64,000 nucleotides of DNA from Desulfobacterales bacterium (GTDB lineage Bacteria > Desulfobacterota > Desulfobacteria > Desulfobacterales > SURF-7). The stretch covers positions 4,750 through 68,749 of the forward strand of contig JABHLN010000001.1 in the NCBI GenBank assembly GCA_018693105.1, read 5' to 3'. Position 1 is the first letter of the stretch. Each line of letters begins with the position of its first letter. The notes beneath the pieces are model-generated. The model made no database searches. It saw nothing but the letters and a program-made list of their open reading frames with translations, and had not been told where the DNA came from. Positions 1 to 7,618 of the stretch are shown piece after piece. A program made the position numbers and the translations under genes.

Positions 1-252
1 CTTTTTTTGTTTTTGAACCTTTTTTTTTACTTCCTTCTTCTCAGGTTTTGGTTTAACAGGCTCAGGTTTTTTTATTACCTTTTTTACTTCTTCAGGTTTT
101 TTTTCAGGCTTTCGGTATGAAATTGATACGGTTACAGAACTTAGTTTTTCCCTTGAAATAACAGGTACTGTTGTAAACCATACCGGATTTATTTCAAAAA
201 ATGCCCAATGAATTAAAATGGCCAGTATTATTGCAGGCAGAATCCGCTTCAT
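1..252 (-). CDS. TonB-like energy transducer, N-terminal fragment (continues past window start)
   Basis: Own translation of the minus strand from the ATG at 252-250: MKRILPAIILAILIHWAFFEIN (hydrophobic anchor), then a Pro/Lys/Glu-rich spacer KPEKKPEEVKKVIKKPEPVKPKPEKKE. It starts directly after the exbD stop. It is absent from the ORF track because there is no stop inside the window. Confidence 0.6.
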   Translation of the reverse strand, partial: MKRILPAIILAILIHWAFFEINPVWFTTVPVISREKLSSVTVSISYRKPEKKPEEVKKVIKKPEPVKPKPEKKEVKKKVQKQKK

Positions 253-657
253 TTATTTTTCTGCCTCTGCCTGAAGGGAGATTTTGCCGATTCCGGCATT
301 ATTAATCGTATCGAGAACCTGAAAAAGATCCTGATACGGTAGGTTCCTGTCAGCGAAAAGAAGAACGCCTGGCTCAGGGTAACCTTTGATTTTAGCTTTC
401 AGCAGACTGCTAAGATTTTCAATGGAAACATATTCTTCATCTACATAAACCGTTTTATCTTCCTTTACAGAAACTGACAGAACAAGCTTCTTGTCAATTT
501 CGGCTGAAGAAGATGTCGGCAGGTCAATGGTCAGACCATGATGTACAGCCATAGAAAGCATTGCATATATAAAAAAGACAAGGAGCAGAAATACAATGTC
601 AATAAGAGGAAGCATTTCTATCCTTGCTTTTCTTTCTGCCTTAAAATTTATCTTCAT
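253..657 (-). CDS. exbD: ExbD/TolR-family biopolymer transport protein
   Basis: 134 aa. N-terminal basic segment plus a single TM (MLPLIDIVFLLLVFFI) typical of ExbD/TolR. 4-nt overlap with the upstream exbB-like gene, and followed by the TonB-like ORF. Confidence 0.8.
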   Translation of the reverse strand: MKINFKAERKARIEMLPLIDIVFLLLVFFIYAMLSMAVHHGLTIDLPTSSSAEIDKKLVLSVSVKEDKTVYVDEEYVSIENLSSLLKAKIKGYPEPGVLLFADRNLPYQDLFQVLDTINNAGIGKISLQAEAEK

Positions 658-1286
658 TCCACAACCCCATTCTTACCGTTCTCACCTGTAACCATTTTTT
701 CATTAACAATCTCAAGGCTGGTGGCATATTTTTCTATCACAAGTGCTGCCTGTTCCACTCTTGAATTGAAGTAATTGTAAGGAAAAACAGTAAGTATTGC
801 GATTCCAAGACCTGATGCAGTTGTAATAAGAGCCTGGGCAATACCGCCTGTAACAGCCTCAGGATGCTGAATACCTGATGCACCCAGAATTTCAAATGAA
901 GAAATAATACCTAAAACAGTTCCGAATATTCCCATGAGGGGCGCAACAGTAATCATAGTATCAAGCACTCCCATAAACCTTCTCATCCGCCTTATTTCAT
1001 CAGACGCAGCAGATTCCATGGCTTTAATCATAGAGTATTCACGGTGGAGAATACCGTTTACCAGAATCCTGATAATATAATTCCTTGACCCTGATGCCTT
1101 TTCCCTTATGGAATCCCATTTACCCTGTCTGGACAGTTCAAGGATTTCATCAATAAGCCCCTGGTTGTACCGCCAACGAACTCCTACCCAGAAAAATGTG
1201 CGTTCTAAAATCACTGCAAGAGTAATAATCGAACATAACAAAAGCGGATACATTACCGGTCCGCCATTTTTAAATATTTCTATCAT
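654..1286 (-). CDS. exbB: MotA/TolQ/ExbB-family proton channel
   Basis: 210 aa with three TM segments and a C-terminal conserved region (GIAQALITTASGLGIAI) typical of ExbB/TolQ. Operon partner of exbD. Confidence 0.8.
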   Translation of the reverse strand: MIEIFKNGGPVMYPLLLCSIITLAVILERTFFWVGVRWRYNQGLIDEILELSRQGKWDSIREKASGSRNYIIRILVNGILHREYSMIKAMESAASDEIRRMRRFMGVLDTMITVAPLMGIFGTVLGIISSFEILGASGIQHPEAVTGGIAQALITTASGLGIAILTVFPYNYFNSRVEQAALVIEKYATSLEIVNEKMVTGENGKNGVVE

Positions 1287-1413
1287 TTTTTCCTTCCAGC
1301 CCGGGATTTACCCGGTATATTATGTGAACCAATACTATGAAAAATCCTCTGCATAAAGTTTCTTTTTTTATTCCAAATTATACTATCACTTCATTACATG
1401 TCCATATCAGTCC

Positions 1414-1453
1414 CAAAATAAAAAACCCGAACCGATATAAAATCGATCCGGGG
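1414..1453 (-). terminator. Intrinsic terminator forming the expression platform of the cobalamin riboswitch
   Basis: Minus strand reads CCCCGGAUCGAUUUUAUAUCGGUUCGGG followed by UUUUUUAUUUU. This gives a stem of about 9 bp (with G-U pairs) and a U-run, about 60 nt 3' of the B12 box and about 130 nt 5' of exbB. Confidence 0.6.
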
Positions 1454-1499
1454 ATTTCCCTTTTTTATCCTCTGATCTTGTTAACTTTGCCATCGAAGT

Positions 1500-1700
1500 T
1501 TAATCACATGTTCGGCAGGTCTTCTGACTTCCCCGCTCTTATAACTGCCTTCCCATTTCAAAAGTATCAGAATACAAAACAGTGGCTATTAGCGTTATAA
1601 AAGTTCCTTTTCCATATGAAAAAGGCCGGGGTTACAGCGGCGGGCCCGTCCCTGAATTTCACAGGGTTCCCTATTAAGCGAATTCTTTAAACACCGTAAC
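1500..1700 (-). promoter_or_regulatory. Cobalamin (B12) riboswitch
   Basis: The reverse complement contains the conserved core AATAGGGAACCCTGTGAAATTCAGGGACGGGCCCGCCGCTGTAA, then AGCCACTG, GGGAAGGC and the B12 box AGTCAGAAGACCTGCC (1514-1529 on the plus strand). Confidence 0.9.
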
Positions 1701-1755
1701 ATGTCTTGGTTATAAATTAATGAAATGTACCGTATCTGTCAAGACAAGATATATT

Positions 1756-1907
1756 GATGGCTTCGTAAAAAATCCAATATCTGCGTTACACTGCATCCCT
1801 CGTCATTGCGGCGTACGTTAAGCACGCCTCATTCCTCGGGGTTTGCGGCGCCTTGATCTTAAACTTTTTACTTTGCCATCTCGAGTTGACTTTTTACGAC
1901 TTAATCA
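1756..1907 (+). mobile_element. MITE-like element, variant family C (same termini as family A, different GC-rich core)
   Basis: 5' end is GATGGCTTCGTAAAAAATCC. The 3' end GACTTTTTACGACTTAATCA is its inverted counterpart. An internal module CTTAAACTTTTTACTTTGCCATC parallels family A. No clear target-site duplication. Confidence 0.6.
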
Positions 1908-1940
1908 TTATTAACAGTCAGAATATCATTTATGGAAGAA

Positions 1941-2291
1941 TTAATTCTGTCTCGTTCTGACAATCACCGAATCAAGATCGGAACTTTCAGAAAGTCTTTC
2001 CCAGTCACCGTCAATAATATAACCGATATGCTCAACCGGCCATGCAGGAGTCTGACCGAAAAAAATACAGAAATAGTTTCCCTGTCGAGTATAGGCAAGT
2101 CCACCAGGAGGTATCATAGGTACAGGGCTTTCCTCACCAAGGTCGACTCCTATAGTTCCGTATAATTCTTCTCCCCAGCCGGTAAGTTTTATTTCATACG
2201 GAAGATGTTCAACAAAACGAAATGCAATTTCTGTTTCAAGAAGCTCCGCCCTGCAGACAAATTTTCCAAAATCAAGTTCAATTGTTTTCAT
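1941..2291 (-). CDS. Small cyclophilin-like-fold protein (function unknown)
   Basis: 116 aa, MKTIELDFGKFVCRAELLETEIAFRFVEHLPYE..., which resembles the cyclophilin-like TM1367/DUF-type family. Recognition from memory only. Confidence 0.4.
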   Translation of the reverse strand: MKTIELDFGKFVCRAELLETEIAFRFVEHLPYEIKLTGWGEELYGTIGVDLGEESPVPMIPPGGLAYTRQGNYFCIFFGQTPAWPVEHIGYIIDGDWERLSESSDLDSVIVRTRQN

Positions 2292-2399
2292 TACTATCCG
2301 TCCAATATTATATTACGTCAGATATTATTTTCCGTCAGATGTTTTTCATTCTCTTTTATTCAATATATATCTATTGGTTATAAAGAACGAGAAAAATAG

Positions 2400-3200
2400 T
2401 TACTTATCCAAAAACTTACCCGGAACAGGAGTAATCCTCTTAAATTTCCCCAGAGGACTTTCATCAATAAGAAGCTTACAGCCGTATACATTTTCAAGGA
2501 TCTCAAAAGAAAGAACATCTTCCGGCAAACCCATACCTACAATCTCCCCGTCTTTTAATAAAAGCAGCTCATCACTGTACATGGCAGCAAGATTTATTTC
2601 GTGGGAAACCATGACAACAGTAACACCTTTATCCTCTTTCAGTTTCTCCATGAGATCCATCACCTTTATCTGGTGTGCGATGTCAAGTGATGCGGTAGGC
2701 TCATCAAGAAGTATTACACTGGGTTGCTGGCATATCGCCCTTGCGATAAAAACCCGCTGCCTTTCTCCGCCGCTGAGCTGGTCCAGCTTTCTGTCAGAAA
2801 GGTGTTCAACACCTGTAAAAGAGATAGCTTCCCTTGCAATTTCAAGGTCCTTTTCTTCTTCAAGGCCAAGAATTCCCAGGTATGGCGATCGACCCATAAG
2901 GACAAGCTCCATAACAGTAAAAGGGAAATCGATTGTAACCATCTGGGGCACTAAGGCTATAGTTCTTGCAAGAGCCCGTCTGGAATATTCTGTAATAGGT
3001 TTACCAAGAATGTCCAGTTTTTCATTCCGGGCTTTCTCAATTCCAGATATGGACTTCAAAAGGGTTGTCTTTCCTGAACCATTCGGGCCTATAATTATAA
3101 AAAACCTGCCCTTTGGAATTGAAAATGAAATCTCTTTTAATACGGAGTAGCTTCCGTAATAATGGCTCAAATTTTTTATATCTACTGCATTTTGCATCAT
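2400..3200 (-). CDS. ABC transporter ATP-binding protein, FecE/BtuD (iron-siderophore/cobalamin) type
   Basis: Walker A GPNGSGKTT, signature LSGGERQR, Walker B ILLDEPT. 4-nt overlap with the upstream FecCD permease gene. Confidence 0.85.
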   Translation of the reverse strand: MMQNAVDIKNLSHYYGSYSVLKEISFSIPKGRFFIIIGPNGSGKTTLLKSISGIEKARNEKLDILGKPITEYSRRALARTIALVPQMVTIDFPFTVMELVLMGRSPYLGILGLEEEKDLEIAREAISFTGVEHLSDRKLDQLSGGERQRVFIARAICQQPSVILLDEPTASLDIAHQIKVMDLMEKLKEDKGVTVVMVSHEINLAAMYSDELLLLKDGEIVGMGLPEDVLSFEILENVYGCKLLIDESPLGKFKRITPVPGKFLDK

Positions 3201-4204
3201 CCGGCCCTTTTCAGTAGATATATAAAAAGCGGTGCACCGATCATGGCGGTGATAACTCCCACAGGCATCTCTCCCTGCTGGGGAAGAGACCTTGAGAGCA
3301 AATCACATAAAACCATATATGTTCCTCCTCCAAGAATACATGCGGGAACAAGGATCCTGTGATCAGGACCGAGTAAAAGCCTGAAAAGATGAGGTACTAC
3401 AAGCCCAACAAAACCCAGAAGACCGCAATTACTTACTGTTGCACTCACCATAAAGGATGTTAGAACAAGAAGTGTTATCGTTACGAACCTTATATTAACA
3501 CCCATGGTGTGAGCCATTTCTTCTCCAAGTAAAAGAATATTCATGGAGTTAGAAAAAAGGAAAATAATAAAGAATGCCGGTAAAAGCATAGCTGCCAGTA
3601 CACCAGTCTGGCCTATATCAATCATGGAAAGATCGCCCATTAGCCAGAACATTATATTGTGTATCCTTGAATCCTGTGTCATGGAAATAAGAAACATTAT
3701 TATAGCTGAACAGAATGAGTTAACCATTACACCTGAAAGCAGCAGCGATTCTTTCTTTAAAATCATTTGACCTGATGACATGACAAGTATCAGAACGAGA
3801 GTTGCTATACTTCCTATAAATGCCATGGAGGAAACACCTGGAAATCTTGAAAACCCCAATAATATTCCAATTATAGCGCCTATTGCTGAACCACCTGAAA
3901 TGCCAAGAATATATGGCTCTGCAAGAGGATTCCGAAGCAAAGCCTGAAATACAAGACCACCAAGAGAAAGTGTTGCCCCTACAAGAGCTGCCGAAAGAAC
4001 ACGCGGAAAACGTATACGCCAGATTATAGTATCAAGCATTGATCCGTTTCCTTTTTCTCCAATAAGGGCCTGCCAGACATTTTTAATTCCACCGCCGGTA
4101 GACCCTATAGAAAGTCCAAGGAAAACAGCGACAGCAAGTAAAATGAGCAGCAGAAAGGAAACAGCAGTAAGACGTTTTAATAAAAAAGGTTTGTTATTAT
4201 TCAT
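3197..4204 (-). CDS. FecCD/BtuC-family ABC permease
   Basis: Polytopic membrane protein with typical FecCD motifs (RNPLAEPYILGISGGSA, GVITAMIGAPLFIYLL). I prefer the start at 4204 (MNNNKPFLLKRL...) because the 35 codons upstream (to 4309) look non-coding. Start is uncertain. Confidence 0.8.
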   Translation of the reverse strand: MNNNKPFLLKRLTAVSFLLLILLAVAVFLGLSIGSTGGGIKNVWQALIGEKGNGSMLDTIIWRIRFPRVLSAALVGATLSLGGLVFQALLRNPLAEPYILGISGGSAIGAIIGILLGFSRFPGVSSMAFIGSIATLVLILVMSSGQMILKKESLLLSGVMVNSFCSAIIMFLISMTQDSRIHNIMFWLMGDLSMIDIGQTGVLAAMLLPAFFIIFLFSNSMNILLLGEEMAHTMGVNIRFVTITLLVLTSFMVSATVSNCGLLGFVGLVVPHLFRLLLGPDHRILVPACILGGGTYMVLCDLLSRSLPQQGEMPVGVITAMIGAPLFIYLLKRAG

Positions 4205-4320
4205 ATTTATTATTGCTTTATTTAAATAAAAATCCCGGCCCGAATAAAAATCGACCCGGTAATATCTTCTCAACACCATCAGATAATGAAAAATCACCTT
4301 TAAAGTCAAGATATTTTAGG

Positions 4321-4352
4321 CCGGACCGGATTAGTTTCATTAGTTTGATTTG
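4321..4352. repeat. Short ATTAGTTT/GATTTGTT satellite array
   Basis: ATTAGTTTCATTAGTTTGATTTGTTA. The same motif family occurs at 18436-18572, 48747-48791 and 53110-53138. Confidence 0.5.
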
Positions 4353-4434
4353 TTATACTTTAATAATAACTTGACTTTGCATCAAACCTCAGTAAAACAG
4401 ATATATTGATATTTATTACAAATTCATCAACCTT

Positions 4435-4588
4435 GATGGCGTCGTAAAAAGTCTCCATCTACTGCGTTATAGCGGTTGATCAGAAGTTCAGCATACTACA
4501 TGTATGCCTTCACTCCTGACCAACCACTATGCCTTGTATATGAAGATTTTTACTTAGCCATCAGTTATACTTTTGTACGAGTTCATCA
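4435..4588 (+). mobile_element. MITE-like element, family A, full copy
   Basis: GATGGCGTCGTAAAAAGTCTCCATCTAC ... central imperfect palindrome around CATACTACATGTATGC ... ACTTTTGTACGAGTTCATCA. Flanked by the direct duplication ACCTT (4430-4434 and 4589-4593). Confidence 0.8.
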
Positions 4589-4613
4589 ACCTTATATTAC
4601 CTAATATAATAAA

Positions 4614-5846
4614 ATGCCGGTATATGAATATACAGCCCTTGACATGAGCGGGAAAAAGGTATCTGGTATTATAGATACTGAAAGTGCAATGACAGCAAGG
4701 CAGAAGCTTAGATCATCCAATATATTCCCTGTCTCAATAAAAGAGGTGTATGCAGACACAGTCAGTAAAGAGCCGGGCTCTCTTTCAATTTCCGTTTCGA
4801 ATCCGTTTGCCAGAGTAAAGCCATCTGACATATCAATGATGACAAGACAACTAGCTACTTTAATAAGTGCCGGTTTTCCTCTTGTATCAGCAATATACTC
4901 TTTAATATCACAGACCAAATCCAGGCAGTTGAAAAGAACATTATCTCAGATCAAAGACTTAATAGAGGAAGGCAGTAGCTTTGCTGATGCCCTGTCGGGA
5001 TACCCCGGCATTTTCCCATCGATTTATACAAATATGGTTCGTGCAGGAGAATCATCCGGAACACTTGAAATAGTCCTTGAAAGACTTGCCGATATTACAG
5101 AAAAGCAGAGAACTCTTATGCTTAAGGTAAGATCAATAATGTACTACCCTGTTGTCATGTTCACCATTGCGACATTTGTTCTTTACTTTATGCTTGTTTT
5201 CCTTGTGCCCCGACTCACAACAATATTTTCGGATCTGGAACAGGTCCTACCCCTGCCAACACGATTACTTATTTCTTCCAGCAATTTCTTTTCAACATAC
5301 TGGTGGCTGTTACTTATTGTGATCCTGGTCAGTGGTGGCACTTTCTACGGGATCAGAAAGACCTCAAAAGGTCTATATTTTATTGACAAATGGACCCTAA
5401 AGCTACCTTTCTTCGGGTCGCTTTTCGAAAAACTTTCAATTTCTCGTTTTGCAAGGACACTTGGGTCTCTCCTTGAAAACGGAGTATCGATGCTTACCGC
5501 TCTGGATATTGTAAAAAATGTAGTGGGAAATTCACTAATCGCAGAAACTATTGAAAAGTCTGCTATAGAAGTCGAAAAAGGGCACGGCCTCAGCGAAGCC
5601 CTTGGAGCTTATAAAGTATTTCCTGATCTGACTGTACAGATGATACAGGTTGGGGAACATAGCGGCGATCTTGAGTCGATGCTTAACAAAATAGCCGACA
5701 TATACGAGAATGAAGTGGAACTGACAGCTGTTGGTATTACATCACTTCTTGAACCGGCAATTGTAGTTATCATGGCCGTTGTAATAGGTTTTATTGTCCT
5801 TTCTATAGCCCTTCCCATAATGGAAATGAATCAACTGGTTCGTTAG
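4614..5846 (+). CDS. gspF: Type II secretion system inner-membrane platform protein GspF
   Basis: 410 aa. N-terminus MPVYEYTALDMSGKKVSG is typical of GspF/PilC, and the protein has two T2SSF repeats with TM segments. Confidence 0.85.
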   Translation: MPVYEYTALDMSGKKVSGIIDTESAMTARQKLRSSNIFPVSIKEVYADTVSKEPGSLSISVSNPFARVKPSDISMMTRQLATLISAGFPLVSAIYSLISQTKSRQLKRTLSQIKDLIEEGSSFADALSGYPGIFPSIYTNMVRAGESSGTLEIVLERLADITEKQRTLMLKVRSIMYYPVVMFTIATFVLYFMLVFLVPRLTTIFSDLEQVLPLPTRLLISSSNFFSTYWWLLLIVILVSGGTFYGIRKTSKGLYFIDKWTLKLPFFGSLFEKLSISRFARTLGSLLENGVSMLTALDIVKNVVGNSLIAETIEKSAIEVEKGHGLSEALGAYKVFPDLTVQMIQVGEHSGDLESMLNKIADIYENEVELTAVGITSLLEPAIVVIMAVVIGFIVLSIALPIMEMNQLVR

Positions 5847-5987
5847 AACCTATCTCAAAAATACATCTATCGCCCGATGGCTGTGTTATCTGCCGATTCA
5901 AAATGCTCACATACTACGTGTATGCTGCGCTTTCTCATCGGTAGATGCCTTGCCCTCGAACCTAATCTGCATTTTTGAGATAGGTTC
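5846..5987. mobile_element. MITE-like element, family B (perfect 17-bp terminal inverted repeats)
   Basis: GAACCTATCTCAAAAAT at 5846-5862 and ATTTTTGAGATAGGTTC at 5971-5987. The core CATACTACGTGTATGC is related to the family A core. The element begins at the last base of the gspF stop codon. Confidence 0.7.
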
Positions 5988-6012
5988 TATTGTTTTTTTG
6001 ATTATCAGAACT

Positions 6013-6166
6013 TGATAAACTCGTAAAAAAGTATATTCAATGGCTAAGTAAAAATCTTCATTTACAAGGCATAGCAGTTTATCAGGAGTGAAGGCATACA
6101 TGTAGTATGTCGAACTTCTGATCAATCGCTATAACGCTGTAAATGGAGACTTTTTACGACGCCATT
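6013..6166 (-). mobile_element. MITE-like element, family A, full copy
   Basis: Reverse orientation. Flanked by the 6-bp duplication AGAACT (6007-6012 and 6167-6172). The stop codon of the TPR gene (6165-6167) spans the element/duplication junction. Confidence 0.8.
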
Positions 6167-7178
6167 AGAACTTGAAGTTTAGTGAGACTATCAGGCCTAA
6201 ATCATTATTATAGTTTCCAAGACTGATACTTGTACTTTGCTTCAGCCTTTGAATAAATTTTCTGTTCTCATCTCTGTTATACTTATGGGCACTGGTTTTA
6301 GCACCGTAAATATTACCTGAGTAAAATCCCAGTTCAACAAAAGTTATAATGCTTCCAAGGGCATCATTTCCATTATCAAAAGATTCATATGCAGCATAAA
6401 TAAGAGCGCCGTTTAAGAGAAATGCTACGAGTGCATCCCTGTATCGGCCACAATAAGCAAAGCCTGCCCCGGGAATTACTGACAAAGCCGCCGCAAGGTC
6501 AGGGCTTTTCACAGGCATGGCTTCATTTTTATTTTTCCTTACTCTTTCAAGTTCAGCAGAAATTTTTCCAATTCTGTATTTCCCCCGATTTTTTCCACTT
6601 ATCTTTTCAAAATATTCAGAAGCTTTCCCCCACGAATCTGCAGGCCCCTCTTTTTCGAGCCATGATTTATCAAGATATATCCATCCGGTCTTGTAGTATG
6701 CGCCGTCTTTTACATCAATTGCATCATTTAACAGTGCAAGGTTTCGAAGAGTGTTGATAGCAGGGCCGAACCTGTTCATCTTCATGTAGCATTCGCTTAT
6801 CTTAAAAGCAGATTCGATAGCGAGATCAGTTGTCAAATATTTCTCTTGAACAACGCTGAAAGCATTCACAGCTTCCTTATACTGCCTGTTATAATAATAA
6901 GCCATTGCTGTTTTGTATAATACTAATTCGGCTTTTTTATTATCAGGAAAGAAATAAAGGAATCTTTTATATTCATCTATTGCTCTTGAGTATTCCCCGT
7001 CTGAAAAATATTGTTCTGCAAATTCATATTGTTTTTCTGAATCTATCCGGATTGTTTCCGCATGCAACTGTACGACAGATACAAAAAACATTAATAAAAG
7101 CATCAATTGGGAAAAGCGATTTAATACTATTTCTGAGTTAAAAAATTTAGATCTCATTATCATACCGGTTATTTCCAC
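6165..7178 (-). CDS. TPR-repeat protein with signal peptide and C-terminal membrane segments
   Basis: 337 aa. The N-terminal hydrophobic leader ends VVQLHA. TPR-like repeats are present (AEQYFSDGEYSRAIDEYKRFLYFFP, YKTAMAYYYNRQYKEAVNAF). The C-terminal part has hydrophobic helices (LAAALSVIPGAGFAY, ALVAFLLNGALIYAAY). The start may be 7163 or 7157. Confidence 0.65.
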   Translation of the reverse strand: MEITGMIMRSKFFNSEIVLNRFSQLMLLLMFFVSVVQLHAETIRIDSEKQYEFAEQYFSDGEYSRAIDEYKRFLYFFPDNKKAELVLYKTAMAYYYNRQYKEAVNAFSVVQEKYLTTDLAIESAFKISECYMKMNRFGPAINTLRNLALLNDAIDVKDGAYYKTGWIYLDKSWLEKEGPADSWGKASEYFEKISGKNRGKYRIGKISAELERVRKNKNEAMPVKSPDLAAALSVIPGAGFAYCGRYRDALVAFLLNGALIYAAYESFDNGNDALGSIITFVELGFYSGNIYGAKTSAHKYNRDENRKFIQRLKQSTSISLGNYNNDLGLIVSLNFKF

Positions 7179-7606
7179 CAGAAATCATTATTATCTACAG
7201 GATCATAGCAGCTAATTTCATCATTCCTGAAAAATTTCGGGCTATTTTTATACTCATCACCACCGCATCGCATCAAACGATCACATGTCATAATCCACCC
7301 AATAACAGCACCATGCTCTTTTAATGTTTCAGCCGAATACGCAGAGCAGGTGGGAGACATTGAACAACGATCACTATCAACACTTGATAAGTATTTTCTG
7401 AAAAAACTGACCATACTTAATAAGGGCGTTCCACCTTCTTTTTGATTACCATCAAAATGCTCTGCATTTTTATATTTGTTAACGTGCTTCGTTTCAACAT
7501 ATTCCGCATGAAAGTCATATTCTTCGGAAAAACCGTAGCACGGGAACAAAAACAAAAAGCATGATAAAGTCCAGGCATGAAATTTTTGTATTTTAAAAAG
7601 TTTCAT
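7169..7606 (-). CDS. YidD-domain (membrane protein insertion efficiency factor-like) protein with N-terminal signal sequence
   Basis: 145 aa. The segment FFRKYLSSVDSDRCSMSPTCSAYSAETLKEHGAVIGWIMTCDRLMRCG...CYDPV matches the YidD/DUF37 signature (C-x-x-x-PTCS-x-Y ... R-C). Confidence 0.65.
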   Translation of the reverse strand: MKLFKIQKFHAWTLSCFLFLFPCYGFSEEYDFHAEYVETKHVNKYKNAEHFDGNQKEGGTPLLSMVSFFRKYLSSVDSDRCSMSPTCSAYSAETLKEHGAVIGWIMTCDRLMRCGGDEYKNSPKFFRNDEISCYDPVDNNDFWWK

Positions 7607-7618
7607 ATAAAGCCCTTG

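Noticed and set aside
2292-2399. Direct repeat CGTCAGAT twice, 12 nt apart, upstream of the cyclophilin-like gene
   Set aside because: It has only 8 bp and two copies, with no palindromic character. This is too weak to call an operator.
2374-3150. 258-aa plus-strand ORF
   Set aside because: It is entirely antisense to the well-supported ABC ATPase gene (Walker A/B and signature motifs). The translation is Ser/Ile/Arg-rich and low in complexity, with no recognisable motif. This is a typical shadow ORF.
5907-6125. Small ORFs translated from repeat elements (also 13513-13728, 35589-35843, 35687-35968, 38759-38980, 1337-1600)
   Set aside because: They overlap MITE-like copies or the riboswitch, and their similar peptides (for example ...YDAI..., MQIRFE...) arise simply because the DNA repeats. 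They have no RBS and no coding-like extension beyond the repeats.
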